A DNA stretch of 47,235 bases from Candidatus Levybacteria bacterium CG_4_9_14_0_2_um_filter_35_21 (GTDB lineage Bacteria; Patescibacteriota; Microgenomatia; Levybacterales; UBA12049). Numbering within the stretch: the stretch's first letter is position 1; every line of letters begins with the position of its first letter. A model generated the notes under the pieces. It was not told the DNA's origin, made no database searches, and saw only the letters and a list, made by a program, of their open reading frames with translations. The stretch is taken from contig PFRF01000043.1 of NCBI GenBank assembly GCA_002788395.1, positions 1-47,235 of the forward strand, given 5' to 3'. Shown in pieces: positions 10,038 through 18,473 of this stretch. The translations under genes and the position numbers were made by a program.

Positions 10038-10610
10038 ATGTTTTCTGATTTAATAACATCAAAAGCAAGGGTAAAACTGCTAGACGTTTTTTTATCTTCT
10101 CCGGCAGACATGTATCATGTTAGAGAACTGGTGAGAAGAACGGGAGACGAAATTAATGCGGTAAGACGTGAGTTGTTTTATTTGGAAAAAAAAGGAGTAC
10201 TTTCCAGAGAACCAAGAGCAAATAGAGTTTATTACTCTCTTTCCAAAAATTATCCTTTCTACTTTGATCTGTTAAGGTTAAGTGCGAAGACAATTGGTCT
10301 TGGGGCAGAAATTATTAAAAACAGAGCGAAGCTGGGTAGAATTAAATACGCAATGTTTTCGGGAAAGTTTATAAGAAGGATAAAGAATGCACCCGATGAA
10401 ATAGATCTTTTGATTGTTGGAACGGTTGTTCTGCCCGAGCTTGCACTTTTAATAAGAGAGGAAGAGAAAAAAATAAATACAGAAATAAATTATACGGTTA
10501 TGTCCGAAGATGAATTTAATTTTAGAAAAAAGAAAAGAGATCAATTTGTGTTAACTATTCTTTTCGGTTCCAGAATAATGCTTATTGGTGATGAGGAAAG
10601 CATGCTCTAA
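10038..10610 (+). CDS. Winged-helix DNA-binding protein fused to a degenerate minimal nucleotidyltransferase-like domain
   Basis: N-terminal wHTH (HVRELVRRTGDEINAVRRELFYLEKKGVL). The C-terminal FSGKF...DEIDLLIVG...EINYTVMSEDEF resembles an MNT fold. Confidence 0.7.
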   Translation: MFSDLITSKARVKLLDVFLSSPADMYHVRELVRRTGDEINAVRRELFYLEKKGVLSREPRANRVYYSLSKNYPFYFDLLRLSAKTIGLGAEIIKNRAKLGRIKYAMFSGKFIRRIKNAPDEIDLLIVGTVVLPELALLIREEEKKINTEINYTVMSEDEFNFRKKKRDQFVLTILFGSRIMLIGDEESML

Positions 10611-10655
10611 TGACACGTTCGACTTCGCTCAGTGTCATAGTGAGTAGATCGAATC
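10611..10655. repeat. REP-like palindromic element upstream of secD
   Basis: tgacacgttcgacttcgctcagtgtcatagtgagtagatcgaatc, with inverted pairs tgacac/gtgtca and ttcga/tcgaa. Shares ttcga...cttcgctc...ag with 15609-15641. Confidence 0.6.
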
Positions 10656-10656
10656 T

Positions 10657-11997
10657 ATGAAAAATCCCCGTTTTCTTTTATGGATAATAATACTGCTTAC
10701 CGTTATTTCGGTATTTGTTAATTTACCTTCGTCGTTTAATTTATCTATAAAACCTTTTAAACCTGTAAGCTTTGATAAAGCTGCAATTCTATCTAAAATA
10801 AAAATTACTAAAAAACTTGATTTTAGAAAAGGTTTAGATTTAGAAGGAGGGACAAGTATTACGCTTAAAGCGGAAATGAAAAATATTCCTTCTACTCAAA
10901 GAAAAGATGCTTTGGAATCTGCAAAATCAATTATAGAAAGAAGGGTTAATCTTTTCGGGGTGGCGGAGTCAATTGTGCAAACTTCTACTGTAAATGGAGA
11001 ATATAGGATAATAGTAGAATTACCGGGAGTTACGGATCTTAACGAAGTCAGAAAATTAATTGGAACTACTGCAGAGCTTACTTTTTGGGAGGAAGTAGGA
11101 ACTCAATCCGGTAAATTTAAAGAAAATCAACCCAACTATCCGCTTAATCTTCCTTCCGGATATAATAGAACAAATTTAACAGGAAATGATTTGAAACAGT
11201 CTGCAGTTGGTTTTAACCAAAATACCGGTAACCCTCAGGTTTTGTTAACTTTTACCTCTGATGGCTCGCAAAAATTTGGAGAAATTACAAAAAGAGTAGT
11301 GGGAAAAAGATTGGCAATTGTCTTAGACAACATGGTAATAGAAGCGCCCTCGGTTAATGAGCCTATTTTGGGAGGAAACGCAGAAATATCGGGAGGATTT
11401 ACTGTGGAGACTGCCAAAGCATTGGCAACTGAGCTAAATGCGGGGGCGCTTCCCGTTCCGCTCACGACACTTCAAAGCCACGTAATTGGCCCAACTTTGG
11501 GATTATCTTCGCTTCAGAAAAGTCTTTTTGCAGGCGCTTTAGGATTTGTAGTTATAGTTATCTTTATGATTATTCTGTACGGATCTTTAGGAGTTATTGC
11601 AAGTGTGGCTCTTGCGCTTTATACTCTTTTTGTGCTTGCAATATTTAAATTAAGCTCGCTTACTCCATATTCAATTACCTTAACTCTTTCAGGAATTGCC
11701 GGTTTTATCCTATCTATAGGAATGGCAGTAGATGCAAATATCTTAATTTTTGAGAGAATAAAAGAAGAGTTACGTGCAGGTAAGAATAAAAGGGTTGCTC
11801 TTGAAATGGGTTTTTCCAGGGCATGGACATCCATCCGTGATTCAAATATCTCTACCCTAATTACGAGTGCTGTTCTTTATAAATTTGGGATTGGTACGGT
11901 AAAAGGTTTTGCCTTGGTTTTGGCAATCGGAGTATTGGTTTCTATGTTTTCGGCAATTGTTGTAACAAGAACATTTTTAAAATTAGTTTACAAATAA
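10657..11997 (+). CDS. secD: Protein translocase subunit SecD
   Basis: GLDLEGG, IERRVNLFGVAE, LNAGALPVPL, IGPTLG, IGMAVDANILIFERIKEE. Confidence 0.96.
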   Translation: MKNPRFLLWIIILLTVISVFVNLPSSFNLSIKPFKPVSFDKAAILSKIKITKKLDFRKGLDLEGGTSITLKAEMKNIPSTQRKDALESAKSIIERRVNLFGVAESIVQTSTVNGEYRIIVELPGVTDLNEVRKLIGTTAELTFWEEVGTQSGKFKENQPNYPLNLPSGYNRTNLTGNDLKQSAVGFNQNTGNPQVLLTFTSDGSQKFGEITKRVVGKRLAIVLDNMVIEAPSVNEPILGGNAEISGGFTVETAKALATELNAGALPVPLTTLQSHVIGPTLGLSSLQKSLFAGALGFVVIVIFMIILYGSLGVIASVALALYTLFVLAIFKLSSLTPYSITLTLSGIAGFILSIGMAVDANILIFERIKEELRAGKNKRVALEMGFSRAWTSIRDSNISTLITSAVLYKFGIGTVKGFALVLAIGVLVSMFSAIVVTRTFLKLVYK

Positions 11998-11998
11998 T

Positions 11999-12904
11999 AT
12001 GAATATTATAGGGAAGAAAAATTTATATTTTTTAATTTCATTTTTAATAATTATGCCGGGAGTGATAGCTCTAATTATTTGGGGTCTTAATCTTTCTATA
12101 GACTTTACAGGAGGATCAAGAATTACATTATCAATTAAGAATACTCAAGATCAAAACGCAGTTGGAATTATTAAAAGAAATTTAGAAAAAGACAAAATAA
12201 AGATTGCGTCGATAGAAAAATCAAACAACTTAATTTTTATCAGAACTCAACCATTGGATCAAAAACAAAACGATAAATTTATAAACGATCTTAAAAAAGA
12301 AATTAAAGAATTTAAAGAAGAAGAATTCGAAACAATTGGTCCCACTATCGGAGCAGAAACAACCTCAAATGCAGCTAAAGCAGTTATCTTAGCTTCTCTT
12401 TTAATTGTTTTGTACATTACTTGGTCTTTTAGAAAAATTCCAAAACCGGCAAGTAGTTTTAGATTCGGAATTTGTGCAATCATTGCATTAATTCATGATG
12501 TTTTAGTTGTAGTTGGAGTATTTGCAATTTTTGGACACTTTTTTGGAGTAGAAGTAGATTCTCTGTTTGTTACGGCAGTGCTAACCGTTATCGGTTTTTC
12601 GGTTCATGATACGATTGTAGTCTTTGATAGAATTCGGGAAAATCTAAAGAGGATGAGTTCAAGTTCTTTTTCTACAGTTGTAAATGACTCAATTCTTCAG
12701 ACATTAGATAGATCATTAAATACATCTTTAACCGTAGTTCTTGTCCTCTTAGCACTGCTTTTATTCGGTGGGGAAAGCATAAAATGGTTTGTAGTTGCTC
12801 TTTTAATAGGAGTAATTAGCGGTACATATTCTTCGATCTTTAATGCTTCACCTCTTCTTGTTTTGTGGCAAGAATTAAGAGAAAAAATCCCCCAAGGGGA
12901 CTAG
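11999..12904 (+). CDS. secF: Protein translocase subunit SecF
   Basis: IDFTGG, IGPTIG, HDVLV, GFSVHDTIVVFDRIRE, GTYSSIFNA. Confidence 0.96.
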   Translation: MNIIGKKNLYFLISFLIIMPGVIALIIWGLNLSIDFTGGSRITLSIKNTQDQNAVGIIKRNLEKDKIKIASIEKSNNLIFIRTQPLDQKQNDKFINDLKKEIKEFKEEEFETIGPTIGAETTSNAAKAVILASLLIVLYITWSFRKIPKPASSFRFGICAIIALIHDVLVVVGVFAIFGHFFGVEVDSLFVTAVLTVIGFSVHDTIVVFDRIRENLKRMSSSSFSTVVNDSILQTLDRSLNTSLTVVLVLLALLLFGGESIKWFVVALLIGVISGTYSSIFNASPLLVLWQELREKIPQGD

Positions 12905-12948
12905 CTTCTTCGAAGCGGCGAATAGACAATAAACAAAGAAAAGAGACA
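12884..12948 (+). repeat. Dual-hairpin repeat copy 1 (supplies the secF stop codon), followed by a short heptamer tract
   Basis: aaaatcccccaaggggaCTAGCTTCttcGAAGCGGCGA, then aatagac aataaac aaagaaa. A second copy is at 17654-17694. Confidence 0.65.
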
Positions 12949-12950
12949 AT

Positions 12951-13397
12951 TTAGGAGAGCTCTTCGCGGACGATTTTACTTACCAAACTTCCATCGGCTT
13001 TTCCTTTTGTTTTTGGCATAAGAGCTCCCATAACATTTCCCATATCTGCCATTGTGGTAGCTCCGGTTTGAGAGATTGCTTCTTTGATAAGATTTCTAAT
13101 TTCTTCTTCTCCCATTTGCTCGGGTAGATATTTTTCTAAAAGCTCAAGTTCTTTCTTTTCTTTGTCGACAAGATCGTTTCTACCTGCCTTTTCGTATTGC
13201 TCTATAGAATCTTTACGCTGTTTAACCTGTTTTTCGATAGCCGACATTATATCTTCTTCGGAAGCTTGGTATCCCAGACCTTTTTGAATTTCCAAATATC
13301 CGATTGCGGAAATAAGCATTCTTAAAACGGAGGTTTTAAATGCGTCTTTTAAAAGCATGGACTGTTTTAACTCTTCTTGGAGTTGTTGCTTTGTCAT
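12951..13397 (-). CDS. yqeY: GatB/YqeY domain protein
   Basis: KQVKQRKDSIEQYEKAGRNDL, YLPEQMGEEE, DMGNVMGALMPKTKGKADG. Confidence 0.9.
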   Translation of the reverse strand: MTKQQLQEELKQSMLLKDAFKTSVLRMLISAIGYLEIQKGLGYQASEEDIMSAIEKQVKQRKDSIEQYEKAGRNDLVDKEKKELELLEKYLPEQMGEEEIRNLIKEAISQTGATTMADMGNVMGALMPKTKGKADGSLVSKIVREELS

Positions 13398-13400
13398 AAC

Positions 13401-14552
13401 TTAGATTTTAGCAGATTTTTTAAGGATTGACACTTTATCGGTTTTTTCCCAGGGAAATTCACTTCTACCGAAATGACCATAGATGGCGGTTTTGCGGTAA
13501 ATAGGTCGTTTTAAATCTAGGGTTTTAATAATACCTGCGGGGCTCATGTCAAAAGTTGCCCTAATTGCTTTTTCAATAATTTCGTCACTAACTTTTCCTT
13601 CTCCAAAAGTACTTACGTGTACGGAAACAGGCTGAGGGAAACCTATTGCATAGGCAAGTTGAACTTCACACTTGTCTGTAAGCCCCGCTGCAACAACATT
13701 TTTGGCAATGTAACGTGCCATGTATGCGCCGGATCTGTCTTGTTTGTTTGGTACTTTCCCGGAAAATGCTCCACCACCGTGTCTTGCCATACCGCCGTAA
13801 GTATCAACTATAATTTTTCTGCCTGTTACTCCGGTATCTCCTTGAGGACCGCCAACTACAAATTTTCCGGTTTCGTTAATGTAAATTTTAGCCTTTTTGT
13901 TCAAAAGTTTTCCACAAATAGGGGTAATTACATGTTTTATTATGTCGGCGCGGATTTTCTTATAAGGAATTTTATCGTCATGTTGCGCAGCTATTACGAC
14001 TGTTTCTATTGCAACCGGTTTATCATTTTCGTATTCAACCGTAACTTGGGCTTTTCCGTCCGGTCGAAGATAGGGAATTATTTTCTTTTTTCTAACTTCC
14101 GCAAGACGTTTTGTTAAACCATGCGCCAACATAATTGGAAGAGGCATCAGTTCCGGAGTTTCTATACAGGCAAATCCTACCATCATCCCTTGGTCACCCG
14201 CTCCATGTTCCTTATGTAATGCTTTTTTGGGATCCTCTCCCCGGGCGATATCTGCACTTTGCTCATGAATTACGTTTATTACAGCACAAGATTTATAGTC
14301 AATACCATAATCGGCATTTGTATATCCAATATCTTTTAAAACACTCCTAACTATTTTTTGAATATCAACGTATGCCTTTGTAGTAATCTCACCTCCAACA
14401 ATTACCATTCCTGTTGTGGTAAAAACTTCGCAGCAGCAAGCAGAATTTGGATCATCTTCTAAAACAGCATCTAAAACAGCATCTGCTATTTGGTCGCAAA
14501 TTTTATCAGGGTGTCCTTCTGTAACAGATTCCGAGGTAAAAAATTTCTTCAT
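13401..14552 (-). CDS. metK: S-adenosylmethionine synthetase
   Basis: [47 protein letters not shown]. Confidence 0.97.
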   Translation of the reverse strand: MKKFFTSESVTEGHPDKICDQIADAVLDAVLEDDPNSACCCEVFTTTGMVIVGGEITTKAYVDIQKIVRSVLKDIGYTNADYGIDYKSCAVINVIHEQSADIARGEDPKKALHKEHGAGDQGMMVGFACIETPELMPLPIMLAHGLTKRLAEVRKKKIIPYLRPDGKAQVTVEYENDKPVAIETVVIAAQHDDKIPYKKIRADIIKHVITPICGKLLNKKAKIYINETGKFVVGGPQGDTGVTGRKIIVDTYGGMARHGGGAFSGKVPNKQDRSGAYMARYIAKNVVAAGLTDKCEVQLAYAIGFPQPVSVHVSTFGEGKVSDEIIEKAIRATFDMSPAGIIKTLDLKRPIYRKTAIYGHFGRSEFPWEKTDKVSILKKSAKI

Positions 14553-14616
14553 TGCAATGAAAAGTAGTATAGCATAATTATTTAAGAATTTTAGAGAGAA
14601 TTTATCAGTTTCATTT

Positions 14617-16008
14617 TTAATCTTTAGTGATTACAGCGATTTCTTTTATTTTTTTTCTTAAATATTCTTTATTATTTTTAGAGAGATCTTCGTCTACTTC
14701 TGTAAATAATTTTTCCAATATTTCTCCAACTTTTTTGCTTGGAGGAATATTTAATTCTTTCATTACGTCATTTCCGTCGATTGCCAGGTTTTCTATAGAA
14801 AACGGTTTGGGTTTAAATTGATCGTCTACTCTTTTTTTAAATAGTTTTAATCTCCAGCTTTCTGCATTTTGTGTTCCACTACCAAGCCGGTCTCCAATCC
14901 TCAAATCAATAATATCTTTTACATTATTTTCGCCGACTCTTCTAATAAATCTTCTTACAGCGGCATCTGTTATATGTTCATCTACCGTAAACATATGCCA
15001 TCTAATTAAATCAATAACTTTTTCTTTGTCTTTTTTTGAAAGCTTAAGTCTCTCGCAAATTTTTTCTGCCATTTTCGCGCTAACTACCTCGTGATTATGA
15101 AAAATTACCAGACCTTGCTCGTCACTGGATTTTGACCTTGGTTTACCGATATCATGCAGTAGCGTTGCAAATCTTACAATAGGATTTTCCGACGGACAAA
15201 ATTTTAGTGCATTCATGTTATGACTAAAAACATCACCCGTATGATGTCTTCCGGGTCTTTCTTGGGATACATCAATTCCGTCAAGAAGCTCTGGGATAAT
15301 TTGTCTTAGTAGTTCGCATTCTTTCAACAAAATTATTCCGTCAAATGGATTTTTTGTTGTAAAAATTTTTAACAGTTCGTCTCTTACCCTTTCCACGGAA
15401 ATCCTCTTTATAAGAACGGCATCGTTTTTTATTTCTTGCCAGGTTTTTTCTTCAATCTTAAATTCCAATTGACTGGCAAGTCTAACTGCACGCATGAGAC
15501 GTAGCGCATCTTCCTTAAATCTTTCTTTAGGATTACCAACAGCACGAATTAGCTTAGTTTCAATATCTTTTTGGCCTTTATAAGGGTCAACAATGAAAAA
15601 TTCAAAAAGTTTACCCTGAGCGAGCGAAGTGATTCGAAGGGCAATTGCGTTAATGGTAAAGTCACGACGGGCGAGGTCTTCTTCTATTGTTTTTCCCCAC
15701 TCAATTCTTTCCGGATGGCGATGATCTTTATATTCCCGTTCTGTTCTATAGGTAGTAATTTCTACAACTTGTTGTTCTTTGTTAATTTCTATTGGGACGC
15801 CGACTGTTCCAAATTTGTTGTCGTAAAATCCATCCGGAAAAATTCTTAAAATCTCTTCAGGGTTTGCATTTGTTGCAAGGTCCCAATCTTTAACTTGAGT
15901 TTTAAGAATAAGGTTTCTAACACAACCGCCAACAAAATAAATTTCAAAATCAGCGTTTTTTACTTTATTATAAATTTGAATAATTTCTTCAGGAATATTT
16001 TTAACCAT
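14617..16008 (-). CDS. cca: Class II tRNA nucleotidyltransferase (CCA-adding/poly(A) polymerase family) with HD-like domain
   Basis: VGGCVRN..L...[52 protein letters not shown]. Both tRNA genes in the window lack an encoded CCA. Confidence 0.85.
   Translation of the reverse strand: MVKNIPEEIIQIYNKVKNADFEIYFVGGCVRNLILKTQVKDWDLATNANPEEILRIFPDGFYDNKFGTVGVPIEINKEQQVVEITTYRTEREYKDHRHPERIEWGKTIEEDLARRDFTINAIALRITSLAQGKLFEFFIVDPYKGQKDIETKLIRAVGNPKERFKEDALRLMRAVRLASQLEFKIEEKTWQEIKNDAVLIKRISVERVRDELLKIFTTKNPFDGIILLKECELLRQIIPELLDGIDVSQERPGRHHTGDVFSHNMNALKFCPSENPIVRFATLLHDIGKPRSKSSDEQGLVIFHNHEVVSAKMAEKICERLKLSKKDKEKVIDLIRWHMFTVDEHITDAAVRRFIRRVGENNVKDIIDLRIGDRLGSGTQNAESWRLKLFKKRVDDQFKPKPFSIENLAIDGNDVMKELNIPPSKKVGEILEKLFTEVDEDLSKNNKEYLRKKIKEIAVITKD
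15609..15641 (-). repeat. REP-like element in frame within the CCA-type gene
   Basis: The minus strand reads cccttcgaatcacttcgctcgctcagggtaaa, a GC-rich patch encoding [10 protein letters not shown] between NAIA and IVDPY. Confidence 0.6.
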
Positions 16009-16050
16009 AGTTGTTAGCTTTTAGCCATTTTGTTATAGTATAGCAACACG

Positions 16051-16155
16051 AATTCAAAATTCAAATGAACAAAAAACAACAAACAATGGACAGTAAACAA
16101 AAAACAATAAGCAGAGATCAGGAATCAATAAAAAAACAACAGAACTCAATAAGCG
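16051..16155 (+). repeat. Heptamer tandem tract (about 13 units ending mostly in CA) forming the RecJ N-terminus
   Basis: atgaaca aaaaaca acaaaca atggaca gtaaaca aaaaaca ataagca gagatca ggaatca ataaaaa aacaaca gaactca ataagcg, preceded by aattcaa x2. Confidence 0.8.
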
Positions 16156-17855
16156 ATATTGTCAATACTCTTCTTAAAAATAGGGGGGTTAAAACTGTAG
16201 AAGAAAAAAAGGATTTTTTAAATTCCGATATCAATAAAATAACTCCGGAATTGGTGGGGATAAGTAAAGAAGAACTAAAAAAAACTATTAAAAGAATAAA
16301 TTCTGCAATAAAAAACAAAGAGCAGATTGTAGTATTTGGTGATTATGATGCAGATGGATTATGTGCATCCGCAATTCTTTGGGAAACATTAAATAAAGCC
16401 GGTGCAAAAGTGTTGCCGTATATTCCCAGTAGATTAGAGGAAGGTTACGGCCTGTCGAAGACAAGCATCCTAAATCTAAAATCTAAAATCTTAAATCCTA
16501 AGTTAATAATAACGGTTGACAATGGAATAACGGCAAACGAGGCGGTTGAATTTGCTATAAAAGAAGGAATAGATGTAATTATTACAGATCATCATCTTTT
16601 ACCCAAAAAATTGCCGAAGGCATATTCAATTATTCACACAACAAAACTTGCAGGAGTAGGGGTTGCGTGGATTTTAGCCCACGAGTTCAAAGTTCAGGAT
16701 TCAAAATTAAGAGCCAGGATTGATGATAATTATTTGGATTTGGTGGCGATTGCAACGGTTGCAGATTTAGTGCCGCTAGTCGGCGCAAATAGGGCATTGG
16801 TAAAATTTGGATTGGAAGCATTACGAAACACAAAAAGAGTAGGATTACTTGAGCTTTTTGAAGAGGCGGGAATAGAAATTTCGGAGATTGGTACCTATAA
16901 AATTGGACATATCGTTGTTCCCCGCTTAAATGCTGCAGGAAGAATTGGCGATGCATTAGATTCGTTAAGACTCTTATGCACTAAGGATAAAAAAAGAGCA
17001 CAACTAATTGCGGGGAAGCTTGGGCTTATAAATAGAGAAAGACAGGTCTTAACAGAAGAGTCAACGGAAAATGCAAGGACAATAATCAATAATCAGAAAA
17101 CAAAAAACAAAGAACAAAACCTTAAAGATAAAAAGTTGATTCTTGTAAGTGACGAGAGTTACAGGCAAGGAATTATTGGTTTAATTGCGGGTAGATTGTC
17201 CGAAGAATTTTACCGGCCGGCGATTGTTATCTCTAAGGGTAAAATTATAAGCAAAGCATCTGCAAGATCGGTTAAGGGATTTAACATAATTGAATTTATT
17301 AGAAACGTTGAGGAGTTTTTAGTTAATGCAGGAGGACACCCCATGGCTGCAGGTTTTACCGTGGAAACAGTTAATTTACCGATAATTGAGAAAAAATTTC
17401 ACAAATTGGCAGAAAAACTTATTAAGGATTCCCATTTAATTAGAAAACAAAGAATAGATTGTAAAATTCCTCTTTCAATAGTTTCGGACCAACTCTATGA
17501 AGCAATAAAAAAACTCGAGCCATTTGGAATGGGTAATCCTTTGCCGGTGTTTGAAAGTATAGCAGTGATAGAAGATATGAGAAATGTAGGTCAAGATAGT
17601 AAACACCTCAGATTAAAGTTCAAAGTGAAAAGTGAAAAGTTAAAAGTTAATTCAAAATTCTCTTCTAAGAGGTCTAGCTTCTCTGAAGCGGCGATAATTG
17701 ATGGAATTGGGTTTGGAATAGGAGAAATTTCTTCAAAACTGAGCATCGGAGAAACAGTTAACGTTATTTATTCGTTAGATCAGAATGTTTGGAATGGAGA
17801 TAAAAGATTGCAGCTAAAGATAAAAACTATTAAAAGTGTAAGAGAATCAAGCTAG
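16065..17855 (+). CDS. recJ: Single-stranded DNA exonuclease RecJ (DHH family)
   Basis: GDYDADG, EGYGL, ITVDNG, ITDHH, TVADLVPL, PRLNAAGR, SARS, GGHPMAAG, LEPFGMGN. Confidence 0.95.
   Translation: MNKKQQTMDSKQKTISRDQESIKKQQNSISDIVNTLLKNRGVKTVEEKKDFLNSDINKITPELVGISKEELKKTIKRINSAIKNKEQIVVFGDYDADGLCASAILWETLNKAGAKVLPYIPSRLEEGYGLSKTSILNLKSKILNPKLIITVDNGITANEAVEFAIKEGIDVIITDHHLLPKKLPKAYSIIHTTKLAGVGVAWILAHEFKVQDSKLRARIDDNYLDLVAIATVADLVPLVGANRALVKFGLEALRNTKRVGLLELFEEAGIEISEIGTYKIGHIVVPRLNAAGRIGDALDSLRLLCTKDKKRAQLIAGKLGLINRERQVLTEESTENARTIINNQKTKNKEQNLKDKKLILVSDESYRQGIIGLIAGRLSEEFYRPAIVISKGKIISKASARSVKGFNIIEFIRNVEEFLVNAGGHPMAAGFTVETVNLPIIEKKFHKLAEKLIKDSHLIRKQRIDCKIPLSIVSDQLYEAIKKLEPFGMGNPLPVFESIAVIEDMRNVGQDSKHLRLKFKVKSEKLKVNSKFSSKRSSFSEAAIIDGIGFGIGEISSKLSIGETVNVIYSLDQNVWNGDKRLQLKIKTIKSVRESS
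16467..16501 (+). repeat. Heptamer tract in recJ
   Basis: atcctaa atctaaa atctaaa atcttaa atcctaa. Confidence 0.8.
16683..16710 (+). repeat. Heptamer tract in recJ
   Basis: gagttca aagttca ggattca aaattaa. Confidence 0.65.
17075..17116 (+). repeat. Heptamer tract in recJ
   Basis: aaggaca ataatca ataatca gaaaaca aaaaaca aagaaca. Confidence 0.75.
17615..17694 (+). repeat. Heptamer tract plus dual-hairpin repeat copy 2, in frame in recJ
   Basis: aaagttc aaagtga aaagtga aaagtta aaagtta, then aaaattctcttctaagaggtCTAGCTTCtctGAAGCGGCGA. Confidence 0.75.
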
Positions 17856-17858
17856 GAC

Positions 17859-18203
17859 TTAATCCAGAAAAAATCTATTATTAGGATTACTATTGCTTGT
17901 CGATTCTAATGAAATTCTTTGCTTCACGCTTTCAATATTTGCAATATAACTAGAATCATCGATTATAGACTTGGCATGATCGACTATGCCGGATATTCTT
18001 AATTTTTCCTCATCGGTTCCCGTTCTATATTTTTCTTGTAATTCTCCGGATAACTGTTTTACTCCATTTGTCCCATCTATTGGTATACGGCAAATCTTTC
18101 GTAAAAATTCTTCATATGCAGCTATATTTGGTCCGGTGATTTGAGTATCACAAGCAATTGGTGTTTCCTCATGTGCTGTTTTAAGTGAAAATCTTTCTTT
18201 CAT
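17859..18203 (-). CDS. Hypothetical protein (probable start ATG 18203, MKERF...)
   Basis: Open frame convergent with recJ; no recognisable motif. Confidence 0.55.
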   Translation of the reverse strand: MKERFSLKTAHEETPIACDTQITGPNIAAYEEFLRKICRIPIDGTNGVKQLSGELQEKYRTGTDEEKLRISGIVDHAKSIIDDSSYIANIESVKQRISLESTSNSNPNNRFFLD

Positions 18204-18343
18204 ATTTTTTATCCATAAAAAAACTTCCGTTTTTGACAAGTCATGTCTTTTGCTTCGCAAAAAACACTTCCCTACCAAATAAGGGAAGTTCTATTAAAGC
18301 CTTTAACTAATGAATTTAAATAAATTTTCATTTTCCAATTTTG

Positions 18344-18395
18344 GATATTATCAAACGACGAATAGCTTGTCAAGTAAGGAGATATCAGGTATGAT
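18344..18395. promoter_or_regulatory. Back-to-back sigma70 promoters sharing the cttgtcaag core
   Basis: Plus strand: TTGTCA(18367)-17-TATGAT toward aspS. Minus strand: TTGACA-17-TAATAT. Confidence 0.6.
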
Positions 18396-18410
18396 AATAA
18401 GAATTAAAAC

Positions 18411-18445
18411 CAATTGACAATTGACAATGTAAAATGGACAAAAAC
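18411..18445 (+). repeat. Heptamer tract in the aspS 5' region
   Basis: caattga caattga caatgta aaatgga caaaaac. Confidence 0.65.
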
Positions 18446-18473
18446 AATCATAAATGATCAGAAGTTGATACAA

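Noticed and set aside
13617..14117. 166-aa plus-strand ORF and the other short ORFs antisense or out of frame to long genes
   Set aside because: These are shadow ORFs of well-supported genes (metK, ugd, secD, lon and others) with no motifs or expression signals.
16051..16155. Repeat tracts as a CRISPR array
   Set aside because: The units are 7 bp and degenerate, with no unique spacers, and no cas genes are present.
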